The notes under the pieces were generated by a model. That model searched no databases. It was not told the origin of the DNA and worked only from the letters and a program-made list of their open reading frames with translations. Made by a program: the position numbers and the translations under genes. From NCBI GenBank assembly GCA_051294375.1, contig CM119266.1, forward strand, positions 23,920,411-23,984,410: a stretch of 64,000 bases of DNA. The letters run 5' to 3'. Every line of letters begins with the position of its first letter. The first letter of the stretch is position 1. This DNA is from Paraspadella gotoi. Its lineage: Eukaryota; Animalia; Chaetognatha. This document shows, one piece after another, positions 1 to 14,200 of this stretch.

Positions 1-877
1 CCGAGTTCAAAGTACGGTGAAATATCTCTGGCTGTCGCGCGGCTTTCTGCGTCAAAGGAGGCGGGGATGAATTAAGGGGTTGTTCGGGGGGTTTCAAGGA
101 AAGCGCTTCGCTCGTCCCTCACGTCTTTCAGTTTTTCTATTATTTATTCATTTGTTTTTAAGGGGGGAGAGAGAGAGAGAGAGAGAGAGGGAGATTTTAA
201 ACTTTTTACAGTAATATTTTTAAAAAATGATAGTAAAATAGATCACAATTAAAACGCACTAAGAAATGATATCGTCCAAAAAACTAAAATCATTCTACTA
301 TTGTTAGGCCTTTTAATACCCTGGGAAAAGAAGCAGATTTTATTCCTTTTTAATTATCTTCACTATTACAAGGAAGAAAAAAAAGATCCGAAGTGATTTA
401 TTATAGAGATAAGGAGATCGAGTGATAAGAAGCCATCAATACAAATAAATACCAATTTTAGAGTAATTAATAAAAGGTTACTACGAAATGTGAATAAAAG
501 AATACGAAAGTAAAATATAGAGCGAAAAAAGAAAGTTTTCGTAGTGACTAAACCTCGCCTGGTTTCGATCTCACTTTAAATTATTCACAATCTCGGTGAA
601 AGCAGACCAGCGCGGCCTCCTTTCCCCAATCACATGCCTCTCACCGCCAGATTTTTCACCATTAGGGCGAAGCGGAAAACTTTTCTCTCTCTTTTCATCT
701 CTCCTTCTTTTTTTTTCCACAACTCTGTCTCGCTCGACGCTTTTCCCTTTTTAACTTCGAACCCGGCCTGTTGGTTTCTCTCCCTGACTCGCTTAATTTC
801 AAGTTTTCAACTTTTCCGCCGTTATAATTTGATTCATGACTGCCACCCAGAGTCTATCGAGTATATCATCCAGACGT

Positions 878-878
<1 letters not shown>

Positions 879-948
<70 letters not shown>

Positions 949-957
949 CTCTCTCTC
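879..957. repeat. (TC)n microsatellite, representative of dozens of GA/TC tracts
   Basis: Near-perfect dinucleotide run. Confidence 0.95.
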
Positions 958-1649
958 TAGTTTGAAAACGAGTTACGGCCTCCAATCAATGATTACATTC
1001 TTTGGAAGTACACCGCTAGATCTAGGATTAAATATTAAATAATTGATTGAGTGAGTAGAAACAATAAACATAGATTATCGAATTGGACCCGCGTTATTGG
1101 AAGTTACAAGTAAAAGCTACGGTGACCGACACTGCCGCAAAAAAAAAAAAAAATACTGAAGTCTATTTTATCATAACCAACGTCAGTGATTGGTTGCATT
1201 GGAGATAAAAGGCTCGATGATTGGCTAGTAGGTTTTTGTCATTTATGTTCTCGAAGCGTTTTGGATGATAACAGAAGGGGAACAAGAAACTCCAAGGATT
1301 GAAGTGGCCGTATTCGTTAAAAAGAACATCTGTGGTTGGACAAGTTTTATTTTTTTTTAAATTGGTTTACATTTTTTTTTTTTTTTTTTAAAGTTTAAAA
1401 GGAGTAATCCTATTCATCCGGAGAAATTTATTTAATTTCAAGCATAAAATGTAACCTAAGCTATATAAACAACATTATCGAACTAAAAATATGTTACTAC
1501 ACGTGGGTACTCCAAGAGTTAAGAAAAGATAATAAATCACAGGAATTTCAACGTTAATTTTCTTCTTCCCACCCCGGCGAAAAAAAAGGTACGTATCAAA
1601 GGAAAAAAAAGAAATCGTTATCCCCTTTATAAATCATCTCATCCGACGT

Positions 1650-1683
<34 letters not shown>

Positions 1684-2381
1684 NNNNNNNNNNNNNNNNN
1701 NNNNNNNNNNNNNNNNNNNNNNNNNNNNNNNNNNNNNNNNNNNNNNNNNNNNNNNNNNNNNNNNNNNNNNNNNNNNNNNNNNNNNNNNNNNNNNNNNNNN
1801 NNNNNNNNNNNNNNNNNNNNNNNNNNNNNNNNNNNNNNNNNNNNNNNNNNNNNNNNNNNNNNNNNNNNNNNNNNNNNNNNNNNNNNNNNNNNNNNNNNNN
1901 NNNNNNNNNNNNNNNNNNNNNNNNNNNNNNNNNNNNNNNNNNNNNNNNNNNNNNNNNNNNNNNNNNNNNNNNNNNNNNNNNNNNNNNNNNNNNNNNNNNN
2001 NNNNNNNNNNNNNNNNNNNNNNNNNNNNNNNNNNNNNNNNNNNNNNNNNNNNNNNNNNNNNNNNNNNNNNNNNNNNNNNNNNNNNNNNNNNNNNNNNNNN
2101 NNNNNNNNNNNNNNNNNNNNNNNNNNNNNNNNNNNNNNNNNNNNNNNNNNNNNNNNNNNNNNNNNNNNNNNNNNNNNNNNNNNNNNNNNNNNNNNNNNNN
2201 NNNNNNNNNNNNNNNNNNNNNNNNNNNNNNNNNNNNNNNNNNNNNNNNNNNNNNNNNNNNNNNNNNNNNNNNNNNNNNNNNNNNNNNNNNNNNNNNNNNN
2301 NNNNNNNNNNNNNNNNNNNNNNNNNNNNNNNNNNNNNNNNNNNGAGAGACTGATTCGGAAAAAAAAATAACCCAAAACAAA

Positions 2382-3045
2382 GAGAGAACGAAGAATTAAT
2401 GGATAGAAAATGAATTACGGAATTTATTCGATTTTAAGTGGATTTATACTATCGACCGCTGGACAGTTTTACGACGACGGAGAAAATACGTCCAGGTTCG
2501 AAACGTCGATATTCTTTAGTTAATTTGTTTTCTTTTTTTCTATTGATGCTGCAACGCATCTCTTTAACCGTGTTTTGTTTCGGTTTATCATTAAAAAATA
2601 ATATAACTTTTTTTTAAATATTTGTTGGTTTTTCTTGGTTTGCTTTCGTTAACGTTTTTTAAATGTTAAAAAAATTAAAGTCAAAATATTATTATGGAAA
2701 ATGTTTTTAAAAATATAAACAGTTTTTAAGAATAAATAAGAATACTGATTAAGAATTTAAAAACTATAAATAATTATATTATGAAGATAAAACAATATAA
2801 AACAATATGTACCAGCTATAGCAAACGTCAGCTCATCATTGAACCTTCGGTTTTTGCTATCTTTTTTCAATGAAGTCTTTGTCGTACCGGCGACCTACCG
2901 TGTAATTCCTCTCGTCCTTTGCTGTAAACGGGTGATTTAAAGCGAATTCGATTTTGGCGGCGTAATTTAAACGACCCGCGGTAGACGCCCACCCAATCTA
3001 ATACGCTCTCTCTCTTTCTCTTTCGTTTCTCTCTCTCTCGTCTCA

Positions 3046-3080
<35 letters not shown>

Positions 3081-4463
3081 AATTCCAACTCGTCTTCGCC
3101 GTTCTTTACTTTTCCCTCCCCGCTTCTTTCCAAATTGAAAAATAAGAAGGATCTTCAAAGGCGGCCAGGCCCACCCAGGACGAAGCCTCCCGGAGAAGCC
3201 GACCGGGGGGTTCCGCGCGGGGGTATCCCGGGCTACAGCCGGCTACGTCGAGAAGGGGAGAATCTCTCTCTCTCTTTCGAGTACCGTGGGGACCTCGGAG
3301 GGAGAGACAGAAGATTAAACTGTTCGAATCACGATCGACGCCGCACGAGTTGAAAATCGTATTGTAGCAAATGGTTATGAAAAAGGGACCACTCTAGGTT
3401 TTTATCGCCTCTCAATCTTATTTTATCTAGTTTTTATTTTCGAGCGTCGTTTTTTTTTTTTTTTTTTTGAAGTCGAATTAAACGATATTTTAACTAAAAT
3501 ATAAACTTGTTTTTACGTTGATAAATAGAGACCTTGAATCGAGTATGGATTGATTCTCGTCTGAATTTTAAAAACGGTAAACTTCTTTATACCTCAGGCT
3601 AAGAATTTTCAATTAGGACCCATAATTGTTATGATCATGGAACATCGGTGCTCATTCCCGTTTCTAGAAAACCACTCCAATTTACGTTAAAAGACGCCAT
3701 CTACGTAAAAAATTTTTCGCACCACTCGATCGTCGACGTCGCGCCACTCCCCCTGACGACGTTTTCCGTCGTTCGATCTCGAAGTAAGAAAATAAACGTC
3801 TTATAAAGGAAGCGAAGCGCGACGAGTTATGGGCCCTGCTCGCCGGGACAAGTATTGGGGCGAGAGTGGCGGGTGTCGGGGTTTCAAAAGGGGGTTGGAG
3901 AATATAGTATATAAAGTATAGTAAAGCAAGGTTAAACATGAACGGTATAGGGATCAGAATAGTAGAAAAGTAGGATTCAGGGCCAAGAGAGAAAAATTAG
4001 GAAGATTAAAATCCTCTGAAAGGATAGAAAGGATAGAAATCCAGCCCTATCCTATATCATAGGTGGATTTCAATCATTTCGATCTAGAAAGGCAAGAAAT
4101 CCAGCTATGATATTGGATAGGGCTGGAACAGGAGTCCAAGTATCGAAGTTTTGATTGCCAAACACAGAATTCGGATCATAAAACAAAACCAAAAACTTGA
4201 GAATATAGGATAAAAGACAGATTATCAAAGATAAGAACAGCATCTAGGTTCTTATATCAGGAAGGGAGTCTGGTTGTGACAGACGGCGCCGCATCGTTGA
4301 AGAAAGACACCGGGGCTGCGAAGAAGATGACGTCGTTCTCCGTTCGGCGACGCCGTTTCCGGCCGGCGTCATTTCCGGCGTCGTCGCGACGACCATAACA
4401 ACAACCGAACGGAATAAAATGCTCGGCGGCGCTTCCGGTGAAAGGGAGATGGGCGGACGGGCA

Positions 4464-4495
<32 letters not shown>

Positions 4496-4777
4496 GCTGA
4501 AGGGCGACATCATCGTTCGACGCCCGTACTCCTCGATCGAGCTTCGTTTATTGAGCGTGACGGAAGTTTAAAAAGTAAAAGTAGACGAATAACGAGACGA
4601 ACTTGGGTCGTGTTTACCGAAACCTCTTCAATACTGAAAGGGGGAAAGGTCGATGGGGGTGAGTTTAAAGAAGAGTGGGTTAAGAGTCGGATGGGTAAGT
4701 TAAGGTTAGGGAGAGGGTGAATGATGTAACGAAAAATGTTAAACTGAGAAGGAGCTAATCAAAAATGCGCTTTAGGG

Positions 4778-4808
<31 letters not shown>

Positions 4809-6482
4809 AGAGAGAGAGAAAGAGAGTTGAGAGCGAAATCCCCTCGTGTCGAGGGAGGGATCACGTCTTCATCCGAAAAACTTCATCTCTTCTCCAGATC
4901 CAAAACTCATTATTCTTAAATTGAAAATTTCAAGTGCCTCAAGAAGAAGCCATAAAAGGAAAATAAAAGGGGAATTGACGAGGGGATAAATTTGGCGAAG
5001 AAAAGATGAACTCGCCTGGAGCAGAGAGAGAGAGAGAGATGAGAGAGAAGGAGATAGAGAGACGAGAGAGAGAGGAAGAAGACGGATAGATGAACCGAGA
5101 GAGAGATGAGCAAGATGAGAAGAGAGAAGACCAGACGAGAGACGAGAGAGAGAGTGAGAGAGAAATGCGATTGGACTGTTTTCGACGCGAATAAATGGCC
5201 AAGTTGTTGCCAAAAAATAGTCGATGATAGAACCATTCGTAGGTCTTGGGCGAAAATAAAGTCATGAGAAAATTCTGTGATAATGGCTTCGGCGACGGAA
5301 AAGGCCTCTTTTTCTTGCGTTCCATACGTGGCAGTAACTAGAGGCCGAGACAAGCAATGCTGCAAAAAAAACCCAAAAAAAACAGCGAAATTTGTTCAAT
5401 ATGATAGTTAAGACTTTGGCGTGAGAAGCCGTCCATCTAACGGCCATTTTCAAAATTTAACTCCCGCTGAGTAACGCCCTCCGAGAGTCATACATCGCTA
5501 GTCATCTCTAACAACGCTGCCACTTTTTAACCGACGACCACCTTCTCCCACCTACCAAACCACCCAGCCAACGAACCACCCTATCGCCGACATAACGGAC
5601 GACGAGCGGAGAGAAAATTACGCCGGAGCCTCGAGAGGAAAAGCAATCAACGGAGCGAGCGGCCGTTGATGAGGCCTCGTAGACTAGTTTTTGGTGTAGT
5701 TTTGCAATTATCTGAAAATAGCCTTGGCCCCTTCGGTTGGAGAACCTTTTTTCACTCCCTCTTTTCTCTCTCTCTCTCTCTCTNNNNNNNNNNNNNNNNN
5801 NNNNNNNNNNNNNNNNNNNNNNNNNNNNNNNNNNNNNNNNNNNNNNNNNNNNNNNNNNNNNNNNNNNNNNNNNNNNNNNNNNNNNNNNNNNNNNNNNNNN
5901 NNNNNNNNNNNNNNNNNNNNNNNNNNNNNNNNNNNNNNNNNNNNNNNNNNNNNNNNNNNNNNNNNNNNNNNNNNNNNNNNNNNAAAAAAAAATCCAATTT
6001 TTTTCTTTAAGTTTACAAGTAGGCTAACTTGCAGTTTGAATCTTTAAAAGGAAGCGTAGATAAATAACGTAAAATATTTAACTTTAAAAAAAATATTCTA
6101 AAAACGTAAAAAATTAATAAAATAAATAAAATTATTTTGAAAAAGAACTTAGTTTCCTAAAAAATAAACTTACCCTCGATCAAGGAGGCAATTGTTGCTC
6201 AAACGACAACGAATACGACAACAACGACGACGACAACGACGACAACGACGATCAACCTCCCTTGAGACGGCGCCCGCGATTCTGCGACGACGACGATAAA
6301 AGCGACGGAGGTTAAATCGATCGGCGCTCGTCTCCCCGCATCCGCGACTCAGTTGAGGCTTCGATAAAAAGCTGCAAAGTTGGTGATCCGGAGAATTTGA
6401 AGACCCCAGAGCGCGACTATCCCTGACATCTATGGATCCGTGGGGAAGAAATTCACTTTTTTTTCTCTCTCTCTTTCTCTCT
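2382..6482 (+). repeat. Copy 1 of a ~4.1-kb direct duplication
   Basis: Collinear with 8140-12368 throughout (from GAAGAATTAATGGAT to GGATCCGTGGGGAAGAAATT). Confidence 0.95.
4040..4127. other. 88-nt inverted repeat / pre-miRNA-like hairpin
   Basis: Arms TCCAGCCCTATCCTATATCATAGGTGGATTTC (4040-4071) and GAAATCCAGCTATGATATTGGATAGGGCTGGA (4096-4127) are complementary at 30 of 32 positions, with a 24-nt loop. Noisy second copy at about 9941-10036. Confidence 0.85.
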
Positions 6483-6601
6483 ATGCTCTTTTGTGTGAAA
6501 GCGAGCGGGAGAGCAAGAGAGAGAAGCGAGAGCGAGAGAGAGATGAGAGGAGAGGAAGAGGGAGAGGAGATGGAGAGAGAGAAGAGAGAGGGAGAGAGAG
6601 A

Positions 6602-6659
<58 letters not shown>

Positions 6660-8010
6660 AAGTTCTTGGCAGGACAATAAAGTGGGAACACAAAGTAGAG
6701 AAACGACGGCGGCGGCGGCTCGAGTATGACAATCTCATGGGGTTGGAAATGCCAACATTTTTTTTCCTGCTCTTTGTTGGTTTAGTTCTGTTTATCGATT
6801 CAAGAAATAAAAGGTGTTTTTATTTAAAAAAAAAAAATGATTAAAAGATGAAAAGTATCCATTTTTTTCTCGGTAAAACCTACTTTTCTTTTCTTTAAGA
6901 GTAATTCATTTTTTCCATCTCTTTTCCATTATTTTTCTCCTTTTTCTTTTAAATCGTCCACTTTTATGAAATGACTTCGACGCCTCAACGACTTGAAGCG
7001 ACCGAGAAAATACTTTCTTCTCGTCCGAGGCGATTCTCTTCCGCTGAAATGAGTCGCCCTTCGTCGTAACTTAGGCGTAACTACAATTAGCAGTAGTAAT
7101 TGTGCGTCGTCGAAACGAGACCTGACTGCTTCACGCAGAGACTGTTTCTTGAAATAAACAGCTTGCTGTCTCACTTTTCGGAGCAAAGTTCTCTTAATTG
7201 AGAGACCTACGTATCTGTTTTTCTAGTCAATATAAAATTTTGAAATTTATAACTTTCGCAACTTAGTCAGAAATGTAAAATATCGATTTCATCAATTAAA
7301 AAAAAATAATTCCATTAAANNNNNNNNNNNNNNNNNNNNNNNNNGAGAGAGGGAGAGAGAGAGAGAGAGAGAGTAGACGAGGAGAGAGAAGCAGAGAGAG
7401 AGAGAGAGGAGAAGACGACCGGAGGAGATGAGAGAGAAGACGCACGGAGGCCAAAGGAGAGAGCAAGCAGAAAGCCAAGATAAGAGTCTGTGTTTCGTAT
7501 GAGGTGACCTTGTCATTTTGTTTGCCGCTTATTTGACCTGAGGCGGCAAGCAACGGTTGAGAGAGAAGCAGACAAAAGCAATCGGTCGGATATTGGCCCC
7601 GTTTTATTTTTTGTTATTGCCTGTCTGCTTTGTTGTTATTTTCTCCTGTGGGTGTTACATGTGTCTGACTGGTATCATTTTTTTTGCTCGAATTGTAGCA
7701 ACAAAAACATCATGACTCCCTTAACCACTTATTAAGTTTCTTTATGTTCTCATTTATATAAGTCTTTTTTTATTTCCCTTTCCCTTAAAAGTACATATTT
7801 TTTTTCTTATCTTCCTTCTTTTCATTCTCTTTCTATTCGATTGCTGGCCATACCGCCGTCATCTTTCCTGTTATTCCGATATAACTCGCGAGTATCACTC
7901 ACTCAAAATGTTTACTCTTCCGGACGCGTCGCGTCGCTCTGTATCGCTCTCTCTATCGCTATATCAAGCGGCTTCCATCATGACGAGGACAGCGCGCAGG
8001 AGAGAAGAGA

Positions 8011-8084
<74 letters not shown>

Positions 8085-8139
8085 AGAGAGAGAAGAGAGA
8101 CGGAAGTTCTTGGAGGAAAAAAAGTGAACCAACAAAGGA

Positions 8140-10983
8140 GAGAAACGAAGAATTAATGGATATGAAAAATGAATTACGGAATTTATTCGATTTTAAGTGG
8201 ATTTAATACTAATCAGACCGCTGGAACAGTTATTAAACGACGACGGAAGAAATACGTCCAGGTTTCGAAACGTCCGATATTCTTTAGTTAAGTTGTTTTC
8301 TTTTTTCTAATTGATGCTGCAACGCAATCTCTTTAACCGTGTTTTGTTTCGGTTACTCATAAAAATAATATAAACATTTTTTTTAAAAATAATTTGTTTG
8401 GTTTTTTTCTTGTTTGCTTCAGTAACGAGTTTTTTAAAATGTTAAAAAAAATTAAAGTCCAAAATAATTATATATGGAAAAATTGTTTTTAAATATAAAC
8501 AGTTTTTAAGAAATAAATAAAGAAATACTGAATTAAGAATTTAAATAACATATAAATAATTATATATATGAGATGAAACATATAAAACAATATGTACCAG
8601 CTATAAGGCAACGTCAGCTCATCAATTGAACCCATCGGTTTATTCTATCTTTTTTCAATGAACGTCTTTGTCGTACGCGGCGAACCGACCGGTAAGGTTC
8701 CATCTCGTCCTTTGCTGTAAACGGGTGATTTAAAAGCGAATTCGATTTTGGCGAGCGCTAATTTAAACGAACCCGCGGATTAGACCGCCCACCAATCTAA
8801 AATACGCTCTCTCTCTTCTCTTTCTCTCTCTCTCCTCTCTCATACTCTCTCACATCTCGATCTCTCTCTCTCTCTCTCTCTGCTCGCTCTCTCTCTCTCT
8901 CTCTCTAATTCCAACTCGTACTTCGCCGTTTCTTGTAACTTCTTCCCATGCTCCGCTTCTTTCCAAAATTGAAAAATAAGAAGGATCTTCAAGAGGCGGC
9001 CAGGCCCAGCCAGGACGAAGCCTCCCGGAGAAGCCGAACCGGGGGGTTCCCGCGCGGGGGTAATCCCGGGCATAACAGCCGGCTTAGCGTCGAGAAGGGG
9101 AGAAATCCTCTCTCTCTCTTTCGAAGTACCGTGGGACCTCGGAGGGAAGAGACAAGAGAATATAACAACTGTTCGAATACGAATCGACGGCCGCACGAGT
9201 TGAAAAATCGTATTGTAGCAAATGGTTATGAAAAAAGGGACCACTCTTAGTTTTTTATCGCCGAGAGAGAGAAGAGAATCTTATTCTTATCTAGTTTTTA
9301 TTTCGAGCGTCGTTTTTTTTTTTTTTTTTGAAGTCGAATTAAACGATATTTTTTTAACTAAATATAATCCTTTTTTTACACGTTTGATAAATAGAGCACG
9401 CATTGAATCGAGTATGGATTGATCTCGTCTGAATTTTATAAAACGGAAACTCTTTATACCTCAGGCTAAGAATTTTCAATTAGGACCCATTAATTGTTAT
9501 GATCATGGAACATCGGTGCCATTCGCCCGTTTCTAAGAAAACACCACTCCAATTTAACGTAAAAAGACGCCAAAATCTAACGTAAAAATTTTTGCACACA
9601 CTCGAATTCGTCGACGTCGGCGCCATCCCCCTGACGACGTTTTCGTCGTTCTAGTCTCGAAAGTAAGAAAAATAAACGTCTTATAAAGGAAGCGAAGCGC
9701 GACGAGTTTTAATGGGCCTCTGCTTCGCCGGGACAAAGTATTGGGGCGAGAGCTGGGCGGGTGTCGGGGTTTCAAAAATGGGGGTTGGAGAATATTAGTA
9801 TTATAAAGTATACGTAAAGCAAGGTTAAACATGCAACGGTAATAGGGATCAGAATAGTAGGAAAAGTAGGATTCAGGGCCAAGAGAGAAAAATTAGGAAG
9901 AGTTAAAAAATCCTTCTGAAGAGATAGAAAGGATAAGAAATCCAGCCCTAATCCTATATCATAGGTGGATTTCAATCAACTTTCGGAATCTAGAAAGGCA
10001 AGAAATCCAGCTATGATATATTGGATAAGGGCTGGGAACAGGAGTCCAAGAAATCGAAGTTTGAGTTGCCAAAACACAGAAAATTCGGAATCATAAAACA
10101 AAAAAACCAAAAAACTTGAGAATATAGGAATAAAAGACAGATATCAAAGATAAAAGAACAGCATCTAAGGTTCTTATAATAGGAAGGGAGTCTGGTTGTG
10201 ACAGAACGGCGCCGCAATCGTTTGAAAGAAAGACACCGGGGCCTGCCGAAAGAAGATGAACGTCGTTCTCCGTCGGTCGGGAGGCGACGCCGTTTCGGCC
10301 CGGCGTCATTTCCGGCGTCGTCGCGACGACCGATAACAAACAACCGAACGGAATAAAATGACTTCACGGCTCGAGGCGTTTGCGGACGGCGCTTCCGTTG
10401 AAAGGGAGATGGGCGGACGGCAAGAAGGAGAGAGAAGTAGAGAGTGGAGGCTGAAAGGGCGACATTCACGTTGAACGCCCGTACTCCTCGATCGAGGCTT
10501 CGTTTATTGAGCGATAGACGGAAGTTTAAAAAGGTAAAAGTAGACGAATAAACGGAGACGAAACTTGGGTCGTGTTTACCGAGAACCTCTTCAATACCTG
10601 AAAGGGGGAAAGGTCGATGGGGGTGAGTTTTAAAAAGAGTGGGTTAAGGTAGTCGGATGGGTAAGTTAAGTTTAGGGAAGAGGGTGAATGAATGCAAACG
10701 AAAAATGTATAAAACTGAGAAGGAGGCTAAATCAAAAAATGCGCTTTAGGGAGAGAGAGAGAGAGAGTTGAGAGCGATAATCTCCTCGTGTCGAGGGAGG
10801 GATCACGTCTTCATCTACCGAAAAGACTTCATCTCTCTCCAGATCCAAAACTCATTATTCTGTAAATTGAAAATTTCAAGTGCATCAGAAGAAGCCATAA
10901 AAGGAAAATAAAAGGGGAATTGACGAGGGATAAATTTGGGAAAAGGGGGAATCGCGAGAGAGAGAGAAGAGAGAGAGAAGAAG

Positions 10984-11014
<31 letters not shown>

Positions 11015-12368
11015 AGAGAGAGAGAGAGGAGAGTGAGAGAGAATGTGTGTTTTGACGGCGATATAAATGGCTCAAAGTTGTTTGCCCAAAAAAATAGTCG
11101 ATGGATAGAACCATTCCGTAAAGGTCCTTGGGCGAAAATATAAAGTCCATGAGAAAATTTCTGTGATATGAGCTTCGCGACGGAAAGGCCTCTTTATTCT
11201 TAGCGTTTCCATACGTGGCAGTAACTAGAGGCCGAGACAAGCAATGCCTGCGAAAAAAAACCCAAAAAAAAACACGAATTTGTTCAATATTAAGTTAAGA
11301 CTTTGGCGGAGGAAAGCCGTCCATCTAACGGCCATTTCAAAAATTTACTCCCGCTGAGTTAACGGCCCTCCGAGAGTCATACATCGCTATGTCCATTCTA
11401 AGCAACGCTGGCCAACTTTTTACCGACGAAACTCACCTTCTCACCACCTAACCAAACCACCCAGCCGAACGAACCACCACTAATGCGCCGACATAACGGA
11501 CGACGAGCGGAAGAGAAAAATTACCGCCGGAGCCCTCGAGAGAAAAGCAATCAAGGAGCGAGCGGCGTTGATGAGGCCTCGTAGATAGTTTTTTGGTTGT
11601 AGTTTTGGCAATTAATGAAATTAGCCTTGCCCCTTACGGTTGAGAACCTTATTTTCACTCTCTTTCTCTCTCTCTCTCTCTCTCTCTGCTCTCTTTCTCT
11701 CTCTCTCTCTCTCTCTCCTCTCTCTGCTCTCGTCTCTCTCTGTCTCCATCTCTCCTCTTCGGTCTTTCCCATCTTGCCTTTCCTTTTATTTATCTCATTT
11801 CTGTTTTAAATTATGAAAGAATAAAAAAAAAAATCCAAATTTTTTTTCTTAAGTTTACAAGTAGGCTTAAACTATGCAGTTTGAATCTTTAAAAGGAAGC
11901 GTAGATAAATAACAGTAAAAATATTTAACCTTTAAAAAAAATATTGCTTCATAGAAAACCGGTAAAAATTAAATAAAATAAAATAAAATTTATTTTGAAA
12001 AAGACTTAAGTTTCCTAAAAAAATAAAACTTACCCTGCGATCAAGAGGCAATTGTTGCTCAAACGACCAAACGAATAACGACAAAGCAACGACGGACGAA
12101 CAAACGACGAACAACGGACAGATCAAAACCTCCCTTGAGAGGCGGCCGCGATTCGGCTACGACGAAAGGATAAAAGCGACGGAGGTTGAAATCGACGGCG
12201 CTCGTCTCCACAGCATCCGCAGACTCAGTTGGAGGCTTCGATAAAAAAGACTGGCAAAAGTTGGTGATCCGGAGAATTTGAAGACCCCAAAGGCAGCGAA
12301 CTATCCCTGACAATCTATGGGATCCGTGGGGAAGAAATTTCACTTTTTTTTCTCTCTCTCTTTCTCTC
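8140..12368 (+). repeat. Copy 2 (indel-rich) of the ~4.1-kb direct duplication; probable long-read gap-fill artefact
   Basis: Differs from copy 1 mostly by scattered single-base insertions; spans the gap present in copy 1 (5784-5983); lies just after a 25-N gap (7320-7344). Confidence 0.9.
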
Positions 12369-13026
12369 TGGTCGGTCAGCCATGACATGGAAATTAGGGC
12401 GAGCTGCATAAAAACTGTCGAGGCAAAAAGGCTTCTATCTTTCCCAAGATCGCAATTACGATAAGAGGCTGTGAGACATGAGCTAAAAAAAGAGCGGAGA
12501 GAGAGATAGCGGGTGGGTTCGTCGAAAGAAGTGGTAGATTGGGCGTCAGTTTTTTTAATTCCTCCTCTTTCCCACTTTTAACAAAAAGCTATTCGCTAAT
12601 TTTGCTGATTTTACATTTTTTTTTGATTCGTTAATTCTTTTGTCGACGAAAAATAGTGAAGGTCATTATTTAAAATAAAGAAGACTGAACTGTTACAACT
12701 GTTTATCGTTAGAAGGATAATGAGAAAATCGGTTTCATTAGAAAAATACTTTTTATTTATTACCGTAATTTAAAAAAAAATGTTTAGCAGTCCCCTGTAA
12801 GCGATATTCGCTGTATTTACCTCTCGGTTTTTATGCGAAAAACGAGGATTAAAAGCGTCGTTGACGTGAAAAGAGGTAAACATTCGAAGCGACTGAGAAT
12901 TATATTCACGAAAACTCTTCCCGTACGAGTTTGGATCACCTTCATCACCGCCTTACATTTCTAGAAGAGCTTGAAGACTCATAAAGGCTATAATAAAGAG
13001 GATGTCGTGAAAGAGAGAGAGTGGTT

Positions 13027-13062
<36 letters not shown>

Positions 13063-14168
13063 TGTAGGAGGAAAATTTCGTTGCGTACAATCGATATGTA
13101 AATATATGAACGTCGTTTGTCGTCGTTAGTAGTCTACTATAATTATTCTTTTATCGCTTATCGACGAGTCTTTAAAATCATTTTTTTTGCCTATCTATTC
13201 GCTTTAACTTACTTAGTCTTTTTCGCAGGCTATTTTCCTACGTTCTTCTTTCCTTTCTTACTTTTTCTTTTCTTTTTCTCTATTCCCTATTCCCTTTTAT
13301 TTTTCCACCCCGACCGCCCATCTTTACTTCCTTCTTTCTCCCTACAACGACGGAGAGGGGTTGGGGGTGAGGCATAAAAAAGGGTCGAGGAAGGAGAATG
13401 AGAGACGAGAGTCGAGGGCTCAACCGCTTCCTTCGGTAATCGGCCCCGTAGCCATCGTATAGGGTTATAAACGCAGTTAACACAAACTTTAATGCGCCAT
13501 TACCATAACGCAGAGGCGCGGCGGAGGTTCGAAGGTGGGAGGGAAAGGAAACAGGGTAAGGTAAAAAAAAAGCGTAGAGGGATGGTAAGTCGTGGGCGCT
13601 GCTGATGATGGGTGCTTCGCGTAGAACCTTGACGAAATGCGGTGGGTGAGAAAACGGGCGAGAGAATTTCAAATACGTGGGCAAAAGGGAAGCAACGGAA
13701 AGTCAGGAAAATTGTAAAAGTTGAAGGGAAAGAGGATTAATATCAACTTTTCAATCGATAATATAGTGCAAAAATTTATATTTTGCTTTATAAATTTAAG
13801 TCTTAAAAAAAAATTCAAAATCTTGCCTAACTTGATCGATTCTTATCTTTGTACTTCTTTCTTCTCCACTCTCCTATCCTCCTTTTTTCCTTTCCTCCTT
13901 TTTTCTTTTCTTTTTTTTTTCCTCCCTTCCTCACTCTTTCCCTCTCAGTGCCGCGCCGTAGTTACGCGATTTCGGGACCTGATATAAATTTCCCTCTTCC
14001 CGTTTAGGATGGACATCGACGACTATGGAATTGAATAGGACGGAAATCGACGATAGAATCGAATGATATCATTTCGATGGCTGAGCCTCTCTATCTATCT
14101 CTCTCTTTCTCTCTTCTCTTCTCTCTCTCTCTTCTCTCTCTCTCTGCTCTCTCTCTCTCTCTCTCTTC

Positions 14169-14200
<32 letters not shown>

